From an uncultured Gemmatimonadales bacterium (lineage in GTDB: Bacteria > Gemmatimonadota > Gemmatimonadetes > Gemmatimonadales > Gemmatimonadaceae), in contig CAWKNZ010000005.1 of the NCBI GenBank assembly GCA_963851265.1, forward strand, positions 64,001-128,000: a stretch of 64,000 bases of DNA, given 5' to 3'. This document shows, one piece after another, positions 51,758 to 61,553 of this stretch (its first letter is position 1; each line of letters opens with the position of its first letter). Both the position numbers and the translations under genes were made by a program. The notes beneath the pieces are model-generated. The model was not told the origin of the DNA. It saw only the letters and a program-made list of their open reading frames with translations, and did not search any database.

Positions 51758-54691
51758 TCACTCCGCGTGCGCGCGGAGGAAGCGCGCGAACTCCGGCGTT
51801 CCGCGCAGGACCGCGAGCTTCGGCGAGATGGCGATGCCCCGCAAGGTGCGCCCGCCCATCGGGTTCGCGAGCCAGGCGTCGAGCCAGCGTACGGCCGTTT
51901 CGGGCTCGCCCAGGCGCGCGTAGGTTCCGGCGACGACCTCGGGGTCGAGCACGCGCAGCGAATCGGCGGGCGGGGCAAGGGCGCGCGCCTGCCGCAGCGC
52001 CCGCGCGAGCGTCGTGCGTGCGGTCGCGGTATCGCCGAGGTTCGCCTCGGCGAAGGCGCGCAACGCGAGCAGCAGCGCGTCGTCGCCGCGCGCGAGCGGG
52101 CGGCGGGCGAGGATGGCACGAATCGAATCGGAGTACACGCGCGCCCGCGTCAGGTCGCCCCGACGCAGGCACACGTCGGTCTTGGCGTCGTAATAGAGCC
52201 CCACGCTGTCCTCGAGCGTCGCGATTCCGAGTTCCGCTGCGGAGCGGGTCAGATACCGCGGACCGTACGGCCCCCCCGCGTACGCCAGCCATGTGAGTAG
52301 TTGGCCCCCGGGGTGCGGCAGGTGCGGAAGTGCGCGCGCCGCCACGCGCTGCGCGTCGGCCGTGTCGCCCTGGCGGATCGCGCCGTTCACGCGAAGCAAC
52401 CAGCCGCGCTCATCGGCCGAGTCGAGCGCGATGAGCGCGTCGACATCCTTTCGCGCATCGGCCCAGTGCCGCAGGGAGATGGCCGACGCCGCCGCGTTCG
52501 TGAGTGTGAGCGCCGAGCGAGGGTCGAGCACCGCGGCGCGTCGGGCGAGCGCGTACGCGCTGTCGTACTGGCCGCGGTCGGCCATCAGCATCCCGGCCAT
52601 GCGTAAGCCGAGCGACTCGTTGGGGAGGGCGGCGATCACGCGTTGTAGAAGCGGCGCCACCCCGGTGGTGTCGTGGTCGATCGATTGGCGCGTCGCCGCG
52701 ACGGCGAGCAGCACGCCCGGGTTGTCCGGGGCGTGCGCCAGCGCCTCCGTCAGCGTGGTCCGCAGCTGCGAGATGCCCGCCGTGTCGTCCGGCGCGCGCT
52801 GCGCGCGCCAGAACCTCGCGCGCGCGAGGTCGCCCCAGGCATCGCCGAAGCCCGGATCGAGCGCGACGGCGCGGGCGAACTCGACCGCGCTCTGCTCCAT
52901 CGCCGCCCGGATGGCGACCGTCGAGAAGGTGTGGCCGGTCCCGTCGAACAGCACGCGGCCGCGCACGTACGCCGCGAGCGCCTCGGGGTTGTCGGTCAGC
53001 CGGCGTGCCAGGGCCACACGGTCGGACGGCCGCAATGCCACGCCCAACTCGGAGGCGACGGTGGTCGCCACCTGGCTCTGTGCCGTGAACGGGTCGGCCG
53101 GCGTGATGAGCGACGGCTCGCCGGTCCACGTCGTGGTCCCCGTCCGGGCGTCGACGAGCGTGGGCGTGACCTGCGCGCGCCACGCCCCGTGCGCGTCCTT
53201 CGCCCAGCGTACGACGCCCTCCACGAGCCACGGCACGCCGAGCTCCGAACCGATCTGCCGGGCCGTCTTCGTGGTGTGCGCGTACTGCGCGGCGCTGTGG
53301 CGGTCGATGACGGCGAGCCCCGGCAGCGCGCTGAGCTTGGCCGTCACCGCGTCGGTGAGCCCGTCGGTGAACACGGCCTGGTCGGGCGGTCCGGCATGGT
53401 CGAACGGAAGCACCGCCACCTTGCGTGGGCTGACCGCGTCGCCGGACCCACCGTGCTCCCCGGCCGCGAACGCCTGCCACCCCGCCCGCCCGAGGACGAC
53501 GAGCGCGAGCACGGCCCCGACCGCGCGCATGATGCGCACCCGCCGCGGGCGCGGCACCACGGCGCGCGCCGCCGAGGCTCTCCCGTCGTCCAGTTCGACC
53601 AACAGATCGGCCGCCGACGCGGGGCGCTGCGCGGGATCCTTGGCGAGGCAGCGCATGACGAGCGCGGCGAGCGGCGGCGACACCGCGGGCGCGACCGACC
53701 GGAGCGGTTGCGGCATCTCGTCGAGTTGCGCGGCGATCAGCTCGCGGGCCGTGGTCTTGTGCGCGAACGGATGCCGGCCGGCGAGCAGCGTGTACGCCAC
53801 CACGCCCCACGCGTACAGGTCGGCGCGGGCGTCCACGTGCCCGTCACCCACGGCCTGCTCCGGCGCCATGTAGGCCGGCGTCCCGAGCGAGGTGCCGAGC
53901 TGGGTGAGGGTGTGGTTCGGCCGCACGTCGGCCGGCGCGTCGCGCATCCGCGGGTTGGTCGCCTGCGACGCCCTGAGCGCCTTGGCGATGCCGAAGTCGC
54001 TCACCACGGCGGTCCCCTCGTGGATGAGGACGTTCTCCGGCTTGATGTCGCGATGCACGACGCCGCGGGCGTGCGCGTACGCGAGCGCCACCGCGACGTC
54101 GCGCAGGATGCGCACGGCTTCGTCCTGGGGCAGCGCCCGGCCGCCGGCGATGCGATCGCCGAGCGTGCCGCCGGCGATGTACGGCATCACGTAGTACAGC
54201 AGCCCGCCTTCCTCGCCCGAGTCGAAGAGCGGCAGGATGTGCGGCTCGCTCAGCTGCGCGGCCGTCTCGATCTCGCGCAGAAAGCGCTCCGGCCCGAGCG
54301 CGGCGACCACGTCGGCGTCGAGCACCTTGACCGCGACGGTCCGCCCGTGGCGCAGGTCGTGGGCGCGGTACACCGCTGCCATGCCGCCGCGCCCGAGCAG
54401 GCCCTCGATGGCGTACTGCCCGGCGAGCGCGGCGGCGACTCGCGACGCGTCGATGGGCACCGCGTGGCGTGGCGGAGCGCTCCCCACCTCTGCGGCGGCG
54501 GCCCGGACCGCGGCGCGCGCGCCCGGGAGCGACGTCGCGCCCAACGATTCGGCGAGCAGCGATTCGACCTCGCTGCGGAGGGCGGCGTCGTCCCCGCAGG
54601 CGGCCGAGACGAACGCGCCGCGTTCGCCGGGCGCGCGGTCGAGCGCGTCCTGAACGATGCGCGTGACCACGGCCCAGCGTTCGGGCGTCAT
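51758..54691 (-). CDS. Ser/Thr protein kinase with TM, TolB-N/FlgO-like and TPR domains
   Basis: MTPERW...ALD...ACGDD-LR-EVESLL N-terminus; GRGGMAAVY, HRDIKPEN, DFG, GTPAYMAPEQ; VAVLPF; TPR-like AVALDP-F. Confidence 0.92.
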   Translation of the reverse strand: MTPERWAVVTRIVQDALDRAPGERGAFVSAACGDDAALRSEVESLLAESLGATSLPGARAAVRAAAAEVGSAPPRHAVPIDASRVAAALAGQYAIEGLLGRGGMAAVYRAHDLRHGRTVAVKVLDADVVAALGPERFLREIETAAQLSEPHILPLFDSGEEGGLLYYVMPYIAGGTLGDRIAGGRALPQDEAVRILRDVAVALAYAHARGVVHRDIKPENVLIHEGTAVVSDFGIAKALRASQATNPRMRDAPADVRPNHTLTQLGTSLGTPAYMAPEQAVGDGHVDARADLYAWGVVAYTLLAGRHPFAHKTTARELIAAQLDEMPQPLRSVAPAVSPPLAALVMRCLAKDPAQRPASAADLLVELDDGRASAARAVVPRPRRVRIMRAVGAVLALVVLGRAGWQAFAAGEHGGSGDAVSPRKVAVLPFDHAGPPDQAVFTDGLTDAVTAKLSALPGLAVIDRHSAAQYAHTTKTARQIGSELGVPWLVEGVVRWAKDAHGAWRAQVTPTLVDARTGTTTWTGEPSLITPADPFTAQSQVATTVASELGVALRPSDRVALARRLTDNPEALAAYVRGRVLFDGTGHTFSTVAIRAAMEQSAVEFARAVALDPGFGDAWGDLARARFWRAQRAPDDTAGISQLRTTLTEALAHAPDNPGVLLAVAATRQSIDHDTTGVAPLLQRVIAALPNESLGLRMAGMLMADRGQYDSAYALARRAAVLDPRSALTLTNAAASAISLRHWADARKDVDALIALDSADERGWLLRVNGAIRQGDTADAQRVAARALPHLPHPGGQLLTWLAYAGGPYGPRYLTRSAAELGIATLEDSVGLYYDAKTDVCLRRGDLTRARVYSDSIRAILARRPLARGDDALLLALRAFAEANLGDTATARTTLARALRQARALAPPADSLRVLDPEVVAGTYARLGEPETAVRWLDAWLANPMGGRTLRGIAISPKLAVLRGTPEFARFLRAHAE

Positions 54692-54946
54692 CGCCACCCC
54701 GCTCGCCGCGCCAGTCACCGCGCCGCTCAGCGCCCCAGCCACCGATCCCGGCCCCGCGTCTCCGGTCACGGTGTCATTCGCCGCAGCTGGTCAGGAGCGG
54801 TTCGGACGCATTCGTCGACGTCACGGCCACCAGAACGCGAACGGGACATGGGCGCGCACGGGCTCGGACTGCGCTCCGGCCCGCGCGAGACTAGTGCGCT
54901 CGGCGCAATCCGGCAAGCACGCATGCGCGTCCGCGGTGATCTCCCG

Positions 54947-54976
54947 TTGACAACGCCCCGACGTGTCCGGCAGCTT
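54947..54976 (+). promoter_or_regulatory. Candidate promoter for amino-acid permease
   Basis: TTGACA (54947-54952), 18-nt spacer, CAGCTT. Confidence 0.3.
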
Positions 54977-55078
54977 CCGCGACCTGCCCCGGCGTGCGCC
55001 CGTCACACCGGCCCCCGGCGAGTTCCCACCGTTTCAGCATCTCGTCCCGGGCCACGTCCGGGCATGCGAGGACCCGCG

Positions 55079-56632
55079 ATGGCGATGTCCACCCCCGGAA
55101 GTGTCAGAGCGCCGAGCAGTTCGCTGTTCCGCACCAAGTCCGTCGACCAGCTCATCGCCGACAGTCACGACGTCAGCGAAGGCGGTTTGAAGCGCACCCT
55201 CGGCCCCGGTGCGCTCGTCGCGCTCGGGATCGGCGCGATCATCGGCGCGGGTCTGTTCACGCGCACGGCGGCGGCGATCGCCGACCGGGCCGGCCCGTCG
55301 GTCACGATCGCGTTCATCGTCGCCGCGCTCGGCTGCGCCTTCGCGGGGCTCTGCTACGCGGAGTTCGCGTCGATGATCCCGATCGCCGGCAGCGCCTACA
55401 CGTATTCGTACGTGACCATGGGCGAGCTGGTCGCCTGGATCATCGGCTGGGACCTCGTGCTCGAATACGCGGTAGGCGCCGCGACGGTCGCGATCTCGTG
55501 GAGCGAGTACCTCAACAAGATCCTCCACTTCTTCGGGCTCCAGATCCCGTATCAGTGGTATCACTCGCCGTTCGAGACGATGCAGGGCACCGGCGTGCAC
55601 GGCATCGTCAACATCCCGGCGGTCGTGATTCTGGGGCTGATGTCCGCGCTGCTCGTGCGCGGCACCCAGGAGTCCGCGTTCGTGAACAACCTCATCGTGA
55701 TCACGAAGGTGGCGATCGTGATCGTCGTGATCGCGATCGGCTGGGGCTACATCAACCCGGCCAACCACACGCCGTACATTCCGCCCCCGACCACCTACAC
55801 GACCCCGGAAGGCGTGTCGCACGCGTTCGGCGGCGTTCTGGGCATTCTGGGCGCGGCGGGGGTCGTGTTCTTCGCGTTCATCGGCTTCGACGCCGTTTCG
55901 ACCGCCGCGCAGGAGGCCAAGAACCCCGCGCGCGACATGCCGATCGGCATCCTCGGCTCGCTGGTCGTCTGCACCGTGCTGTACGTGCTCTTCTCGCACG
56001 TCTTGAGCGGCGTGGCGACGGTGCAGGACTTCCGTACCTCCGGCCGCGAGGCCTCGGTCACCTTCGTGATCGCGAAGTACATGACCGGGTACGGGTGGCT
56101 CGCGAACCTCGTCACGGTGGCGATCCTCGCCGGCTTCTCGTCGGTCATCCTCGTGATGCTGCTCGGCCAGTCGCGCGTGTTCTACTCGATGAGCCGCGAC
56201 GGGCTCGTGCCGAAGGCGTTCTCGGACGTGCACCCGCGTTTCCAGACGCCGTACAAGGCGAACATCCTGTTCTTCTTCGTCACCGCCATCTTCGGCGGCT
56301 TCATCCCCGGCGACATCGTGGGCGAGATGACGAGCATCGGAACGCTGTTCGCATTCATCCTCGTGTGCGCCGGCGTGTGGATCATGCGCGTGCAGCGCCC
56401 CGACCTCCAGCGCGCCTTCCGCGCCCCGGCCGTCCCAGTCGTCGCCACACTGGGCATCCTCGTCTGCAGCGCGATGATCTACGGCCTCGGCTGGACCAAC
56501 TGGCTGCGACTGATCGTCTGGCTGCTGCTCGGGTTCATCATCTACTTCGGCTACGGCCGCCGAAACAGCATCCTGCAGCGCGGCGTGACCGGCTCGCCGA
56601 TCGTCCCGCCCGCGCCGATCCTCGGCGACTGA
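55079..56632 (+). CDS. APC-family amino acid permease (CAT/YfnA-like)
   Basis: LFRTKS, LKRTLG, GIGAIIGAG, CYAEFASMIP-AGSAYTY, FFAFIGFDAVST-AQE-KNP-RD-P. Confidence 0.93.
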   Translation: MAMSTPGSVRAPSSSLFRTKSVDQLIADSHDVSEGGLKRTLGPGALVALGIGAIIGAGLFTRTAAAIADRAGPSVTIAFIVAALGCAFAGLCYAEFASMIPIAGSAYTYSYVTMGELVAWIIGWDLVLEYAVGAATVAISWSEYLNKILHFFGLQIPYQWYHSPFETMQGTGVHGIVNIPAVVILGLMSALLVRGTQESAFVNNLIVITKVAIVIVVIAIGWGYINPANHTPYIPPPTTYTTPEGVSHAFGGVLGILGAAGVVFFAFIGFDAVSTAAQEAKNPARDMPIGILGSLVVCTVLYVLFSHVLSGVATVQDFRTSGREASVTFVIAKYMTGYGWLANLVTVAILAGFSSVILVMLLGQSRVFYSMSRDGLVPKAFSDVHPRFQTPYKANILFFFVTAIFGGFIPGDIVGEMTSIGTLFAFILVCAGVWIMRVQRPDLQRAFRAPAVPVVATLGILVCSAMIYGLGWTNWLRLIVWLLLGFIIYFGYGRRNSILQRGVTGSPIVPPAPILGD

Positions 56633-56670
56633 GTCGCCCCGCAGCCGATCGATCGTCCGTCAGTTGCACG

Positions 56671-56706
56671 CACCGCCCGGGCGCCGGACACCGCGCCCGG
56701 GCGGTG
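56671..56706 (+). terminator. Hairpin after permease
   Basis: CACCGCCCGGGCG / CGCCCGGGCGGTG, 13-bp perfect stem. Confidence 0.5.
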
Positions 56707-56741
56707 ATCGTTCATCCGACTTCCCACCCGCTCGCCGGTTC

Positions 56742-57848
56742 ATGTCCGACGTCATCCCCGCCCCCGCGGCACTCATCGAAGCCGTCGACGCCGCGCTCGC
56801 CGCGTCGCGCACGCGCGTCGAGCAGCTCCGTGCCCTGGGCTCGTACTTCCGCCCCGGTATTCGCGTCGCGATCACGACGCACATCAACGCCGACGGCGAC
56901 GGCTGTGGGTCGGAGGTCGGGCTCGCGCGCGCGCTGGCCGCGATGGGGCTGCGCCCGGTCGTCGTGAATCCGACGCCGTGGCCGGACAACTTCCGCTTCC
57001 TGCTCGAACGCGCGGGCGACGGGCCGGGTGACGCGGCGGTCGAGGACGCGAGCGCCCGCGGCGCGGCCGCCCTCCGCGACGCCGATCTGCTCGTCGTCCT
57101 CGACATCGCCGACGTGAAGCGGCTCGGCACGCTCTCCGACTCCGTCCGCGCGCTCACGATTCCCAAGCTGACCATCGACCACCACCTGCCGAGTGAGGAG
57201 CCGCCGAGCACGGTGGTGGTGAGCGACGTGACGGCGAGCGCGACCGGCGAGTTGGTGTTCGACCTGCTCGGCGCGCTCGATCGGCCGCTCACGCCCGCGA
57301 TCGCGACCGCGCTGTACGTCGCGTTGCTCACCGACACCGGGGGCTTCCGCTTCAGCAACACGTCGCCCCGCTGTCATGCCGTCGCCTCCGAGCTGCTGGC
57401 GGCCGGCGTGGATCCCGAGGCGATGTACCGGCGCATCTACGCGAGCGTGCCCGCGGGCAAGCTCTACCTGCTGCGCGAGGCGCTCGGCACGCTCGAGGTC
57501 GAGGCGGCGCATGGGCTGGCGTGGGTCTCGATCCCGGCCGGGGCGATGGAGCGGTACGGCGTGAAATCGGAAGATCTCGACGGGATCGTCGAGCAGCCGC
57601 GGTCGATTGCGGGGACGCGGCTCGCGATGCTCTTCCGCGACCTCGGGCACGGCAAGGTGAAGGTGTCGTTCCGGAGCACGGGCGACGTGGACGTGAACGC
57701 CCTCGCCCGGCAGTTCGGCGGCGGCGGGCACGCGAAGGCGTCGGGCGCGATGATCGCGGGGACGATGGACGCGGTGCGAGCGCAGGTGCTCGACGCCGCG
57801 CGGGCGCACGTGGCCGGGACGGCGGGGGCACGACCCGTGGGCGGCTAG
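56742..57848 (+). CDS. nrnA: DHH/DHHA1 phosphoesterase (NrnA nanoRNase/pAp phosphatase-like)
   Basis: THINADGD, VLD, IDHH, TDTGGFRFSNT, KVSFRS, FGGGGHAKASG. Confidence 0.88.
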   Translation: MSDVIPAPAALIEAVDAALAASRTRVEQLRALGSYFRPGIRVAITTHINADGDGCGSEVGLARALAAMGLRPVVVNPTPWPDNFRFLLERAGDGPGDAAVEDASARGAAALRDADLLVVLDIADVKRLGTLSDSVRALTIPKLTIDHHLPSEEPPSTVVVSDVTASATGELVFDLLGALDRPLTPAIATALYVALLTDTGGFRFSNTSPRCHAVASELLAAGVDPEAMYRRIYASVPAGKLYLLREALGTLEVEAAHGLAWVSIPAGAMERYGVKSEDLDGIVEQPRSIAGTRLAMLFRDLGHGKVKVSFRSTGDVDVNALARQFGGGGHAKASGAMIAGTMDAVRAQVLDAARAHVAGTAGARPVGG

Positions 57849-57941
57849 CTTTCGCCTACTGCCGCCCCGTGGACGGGAATCCCGGGGGCATCCTCGTTTG
57901 CACATCGCGGCTTCGACCGCCGCTTCTCATAGGCACTTCGC

Positions 57942-59162
57942 ATGAGCACCACCCTCACGCAGCGCATCGCCGAAGCTCTCGGCCGCGTGCGCAACCCGCG
58001 GCACGGCCGCGACCTCGTCAGCGCCGAGCAGGTGCAGGACGTGGCGACCACGGCGGATGGCAAGGTCCGCTTCACGCTGCTGCTCGACGCGGCCGACGAG
58101 GCGACGCTCGTGCGCGAGGTGCGCCAGACCGTCGAGCAGGTGCCCGGCGTGACCGACGTCCGCGTGGACGTGCAGGACCCGGCGCAGTACGCGGCGGCGC
58201 GCGCGACCAGGCAGGAGGCGCAGCGCGAGTCGCGCCGGGCGCCGGCCGGCGGTGAGGCGCCGGGCGGGGGCAAGCCGGTGGGCGGGCGCGCGCTCCCCGT
58301 GATGGACGCCGGCCCCACGCCCGGGCGCGCCGCCCCGCCGACCCCGTCCGCGCCGACGCCGGTCGCCTACCCGCAACTCGGCCGCGTCATCGCGGTGTCG
58401 AGCGGCAAGGGCGGGGTGGGCAAGTCGACGGTGGCCGTCAACGTGGCCGTCGCGCTCGCCAAGCAGGGCGCGCGCGTTGGGATCATGGACGCCGACATCT
58501 ACGGGCCGAACCTGCCGCGCATGCTGGGCGTGAGCGAGGCGCCGCCGGTGCGCGACGACAAGATCCAGCCGCTGCTCGCCTACGGCGTGAAGGTGATCAG
58601 CATCGGCCTGCTCATTGAGCGCGACCAGCCGGCGATCTGGCGGGGGCCGATCATCATGAAGGTGATCACGCAGTTCCTGCGCGACGTGAACTGGGGCCAG
58701 CTCGACTACTTCCTCGTCGACATGCCGCCGGGTACGGGCGACGCCCAACTCTCGCTCGTGCAGGCGACGCACGTGCACGGCGGCGTCGTGGTCACCACGC
58801 CGCAGCAGGTGGCGGTGGGCGACGCGCTGCGCGGCGTGCGCATGTTCGAGCGCGTGGGCGTGCCGGTGTTGGGCGTCGTCGAGAACATGAGCTACCTCGA
58901 GAATCCCGAAACCGGCAAGCCGATCGCCGTGTTCGGGTCGGGCGGCGGGCAGTCGCTGGCCGACGAGGTGGGCGTGCCGCTGCTCGGGCAGATCCCGCTC
59001 GACCCGCGCGTGGTCGAGGGCGGCGACACGGGGCGGCCGATCGTCGTGCACGAGCCGAAGTCGAGCGTGTCGCGCGCGCTGGAGCAGGTCGCGACGCGGA
59101 TCACCGAGCGCATCGCGGCGCGGTACCCGGAGGCGGCGGCCGCGGGTGCGGCCGCGGGGTGA
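57942..59162 (+). CDS. mrp: Mrp/ApbC/NBP35 family P-loop ATPase (cysteine-free variant)
   Basis: SGKGGVGKST, DADIYGP, WRGP, DMPPGTGD, VTTPQ, VENMS. Confidence 0.92.
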   Translation: MSTTLTQRIAEALGRVRNPRHGRDLVSAEQVQDVATTADGKVRFTLLLDAADEATLVREVRQTVEQVPGVTDVRVDVQDPAQYAAARATRQEAQRESRRAPAGGEAPGGGKPVGGRALPVMDAGPTPGRAAPPTPSAPTPVAYPQLGRVIAVSSGKGGVGKSTVAVNVAVALAKQGARVGIMDADIYGPNLPRMLGVSEAPPVRDDKIQPLLAYGVKVISIGLLIERDQPAIWRGPIIMKVITQFLRDVNWGQLDYFLVDMPPGTGDAQLSLVQATHVHGGVVVTTPQQVAVGDALRGVRMFERVGVPVLGVVENMSYLENPETGKPIAVFGSGGGQSLADEVGVPLLGQIPLDPRVVEGGDTGRPIVVHEPKSSVSRALEQVATRITERIAARYPEAAAAGAAAG

Positions 59163-60586
59163 CCGCCACCCGCACCCTTCCGGTCGAGGAGCGCGACGGC
59201 GGCGTCGCCGTCGCGCTCACCCCCGAGCAGGCCGCCCGCGTCACGGGCGAGTACCCGACCGCCGAGCATCCGGCACTCGTCCGCGAGCCGCTCGCGCGCA
59301 TCGTCCTTCGCGTGGCCGTGCCGGCCGTCGTGAGCAACCTGCTCATGACGGTCTTCCTCGCGGCCGATGCGTTCTGGGTGAGCCGCCGTCTGGGGCCCAC
59401 CGCGCTCGCGGCCGTGACGGCGTCGGTGTTCTGGGTGTGGATGGCCATCTCGGTCGCGGAGATGATCTCCGTCGGCCTCACGGCGGTCGCGGCCCGGCGC
59501 CACGGCGAGCGCCGACCGGCCGACGCCGCGCGCGCCACGGGCGACGCGCTGCTGCTCGCCGTCGCGTTGGGCGCGGTCGTCGCCGCCGCGGGCCGCGCGA
59601 ACGCGCCCGCCCTGCTCGCGCTCATGCACGCGCCCGCGCCGGTGGTCGCGCTCGGCGCGCGCTACCTCGGCGTGTACGCGCTCGCGATGCCGGTGCTGTT
59701 CGCGTACTTCACCGTCGACGCCGCGTTCCGCGCGAGCGGCGACACGCGCACGCCGCTGCTGGTCCTCGCGTGCTCGGTCGCGCTGGGGCTCGTGCTCGAC
59801 CCGCTGCTCATCCTGGGTGGACTGGGGTTTCCGGCGCTGGGCGTGGCCGGCGCGGCGTTCGCCACCACCGGCACCCGCAGCGCCGCGTGTCTCGTCGGCC
59901 TCGTCCTGCTCCGCCGCCGCGGGCTCGTGCGTTTCGGACGGCCCGAGCGGGCGGTGCTCGCGACGGTGGTGCGCGTCGGACTGCCGACGGCCGCCACGGG
60001 CGTGCTCTTCTCGGTGATCTACGTGGTGATTGGCCGCTCGGCCTCGTCGCTCGGGGTGCCCGCGCTGGCCGCGCTGGGACTGGGCTTCCGGGTCGAGAGC
60101 TGGCTGTACATGATCGGGGTCGGGTTCGGGGCGGCAGCGGCGGCAGTCGTCGGGCAGAACATGGGTGCAGGGCGTGTGGAGCGCGCGGAACGCGCCGGAT
60201 GGACGATGCTCGCCGTCGCCAGCGCGCCCGCGCTCGTCGCCGCGGCCGCGAGCGCGGCGGTGCCGGCATTCCTCGCCGGCATCTTCACGAGCGACCCGGC
60301 CGTCGTCGCGGAGACCGCCCGCTACCTGCGCATCGTCGCGGTGTCGCAGCTCGTCGTCTGCGCCGAGGTGGTCCTCGAAGGGGCGCTGGGTGGGGCGGGG
60401 GCCACGGTCGCGCCGATGGTCGCGTCGACGACACTCACGGCCGCCCGCATCCCGCTCGCGACGTGGGCGACGCCGCGGTTCGGGGCGACGGGGCTGTGGT
60501 GGACGATCTCGCTCACCGCGGTGGGGCGGGGCGTCGCGATGGTCGCGTTGTGGTGGAGTGGGCGGTGGAAGCGGCAGCGGGTGTGA
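59159..60586 (+). CDS. MATE family efflux transporter
   Basis: About 12 TM helices; LGPTALAAV, FRASGDTRTPL, LDPLLI-G-LGVAGAA-AT, GQNMGAG. Confidence 0.92.
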   Translation: MTATRTLPVEERDGGVAVALTPEQAARVTGEYPTAEHPALVREPLARIVLRVAVPAVVSNLLMTVFLAADAFWVSRRLGPTALAAVTASVFWVWMAISVAEMISVGLTAVAARRHGERRPADAARATGDALLLAVALGAVVAAAGRANAPALLALMHAPAPVVALGARYLGVYALAMPVLFAYFTVDAAFRASGDTRTPLLVLACSVALGLVLDPLLILGGLGFPALGVAGAAFATTGTRSAACLVGLVLLRRRGLVRFGRPERAVLATVVRVGLPTAATGVLFSVIYVVIGRSASSLGVPALAALGLGFRVESWLYMIGVGFGAAAAAVVGQNMGAGRVERAERAGWTMLAVASAPALVAAAASAAVPAFLAGIFTSDPAVVAETARYLRIVAVSQLVVCAEVVLEGALGGAGATVAPMVASTTLTAARIPLATWATPRFGATGLWWTISLTAVGRGVAMVALWWSGRWKRQRV

Positions 60587-60673
60587 GGCGGCGCGCAGGG
60601 GATTAGTGTCATTCTTCGCTGCGCGCAGGACGACAGTCCTCGCAGCGTCGATGCGCCCGTGGCCCTCGCCTTC

Positions 60674-61471
60674 ATGTCGATCATCACCCTCCTCACCGAC
60701 TTCGGCACGGCGGACGGCTACGTCGCCGAGCTCAAGGGGGTGCTGCTGTCCGGTGCGCCGGGCGCCACCGTCGTGGATGCGAGCCATGAGGTGCTGCCGC
60801 AGGACGTGGACGGCGCGCGGCTCGCGCTCGCGCGCTACTGGCTGCGCTTCCCGCCGGGCACGGTGCACCTCGTCGTGGTCGACCCCGGCGTCGGCACCGA
60901 CCGCGCGGCGATCGCGGCGTCGAGCGAGGGGCGCTGGCTGGTCGGCCCGGACAACGGGGTGCTGACGCCGGCCCTGCTCCGTGCGGGGGCGCGGGCCGTG
61001 CGGCTGCCGATCCCGGCACGCAGCGCGCCGACGTTCCACGGACGCGACGTGTTCGCCCCCGCCGCGGCGCGGCTCGCCGGGGGCGGCTCGCTCGACGCGT
61101 TAGGCGAAGCGGTGGACGGGTGCGTGCTGCGCCGCACGCCCGAGGCGCGCCGGCTGGCGGACGGGGGCATCGAGGGCGTCGTGATCGCGGTCGACCGCTT
61201 CGGGAACGCGATCACGAACCTGGTGGCGAGCGGGGCGACGGCGGCGCCGGGCGGGGTCGTGCGGGTGGCTGGGAGGGTGGTGCCGATCCGGCGGGTGTAC
61301 GGCGACGTGGCGAAGGGCGAGGGGGTCGCGCTCGCGGGGTCCAACGGGTTGTTGGAGATCGCCGTCAGGGAAGGGAGTGCGGTGCGGGAGTTGGGGGTCG
61401 GGCGGGGGGAGACGGTGGTACTGTACCGGGACGGCGGTGAGCGCGGGGAGCGCTCGGGCGGCCCCGCCTGA
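60674..61471 (+). CDS. DUF62 family SAM hydroxide adenosyltransferase (SAM hydrolase)
   Basis: ITLLTDFG-D-YV-KG, VVDPGVGTDR, GPDNG, TFHGRDVFAP, DRFGN, LEIAV. Confidence 0.9.
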   Translation: MSIITLLTDFGTADGYVAELKGVLLSGAPGATVVDASHEVLPQDVDGARLALARYWLRFPPGTVHLVVVDPGVGTDRAAIAASSEGRWLVGPDNGVLTPALLRAGARAVRLPIPARSAPTFHGRDVFAPAAARLAGGGSLDALGEAVDGCVLRRTPEARRLADGGIEGVVIAVDRFGNAITNLVASGATAAPGGVVRVAGRVVPIRRVYGDVAKGEGVALAGSNGLLEIAVREGSAVRELGVGRGETVVLYRDGGERGERSGGPA

Positions 61472-61510
61472 GCGGCCGCGCCTGAGCGGCCGCGCCTGAG
61501 CGGCCGCGCC
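61465..61510. repeat. Tandem repeat 3 x 14 bp (CGCCTGAGCGGCCG) containing the DUF62 stop codon
   Basis: Units at 61465, 61479, 61493. Confidence 0.9.
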
Positions 61511-61553
61511 GTCCGGGGCGCGTGTTCGGCGCTCCGGACCGCGCGGGGAGCGC

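Noticed and set aside
54692..55078. Remnant ECF sigma gene upstream of the TPR kinase
   Set aside because: No frame shows sigma region 2 or 4 motifs
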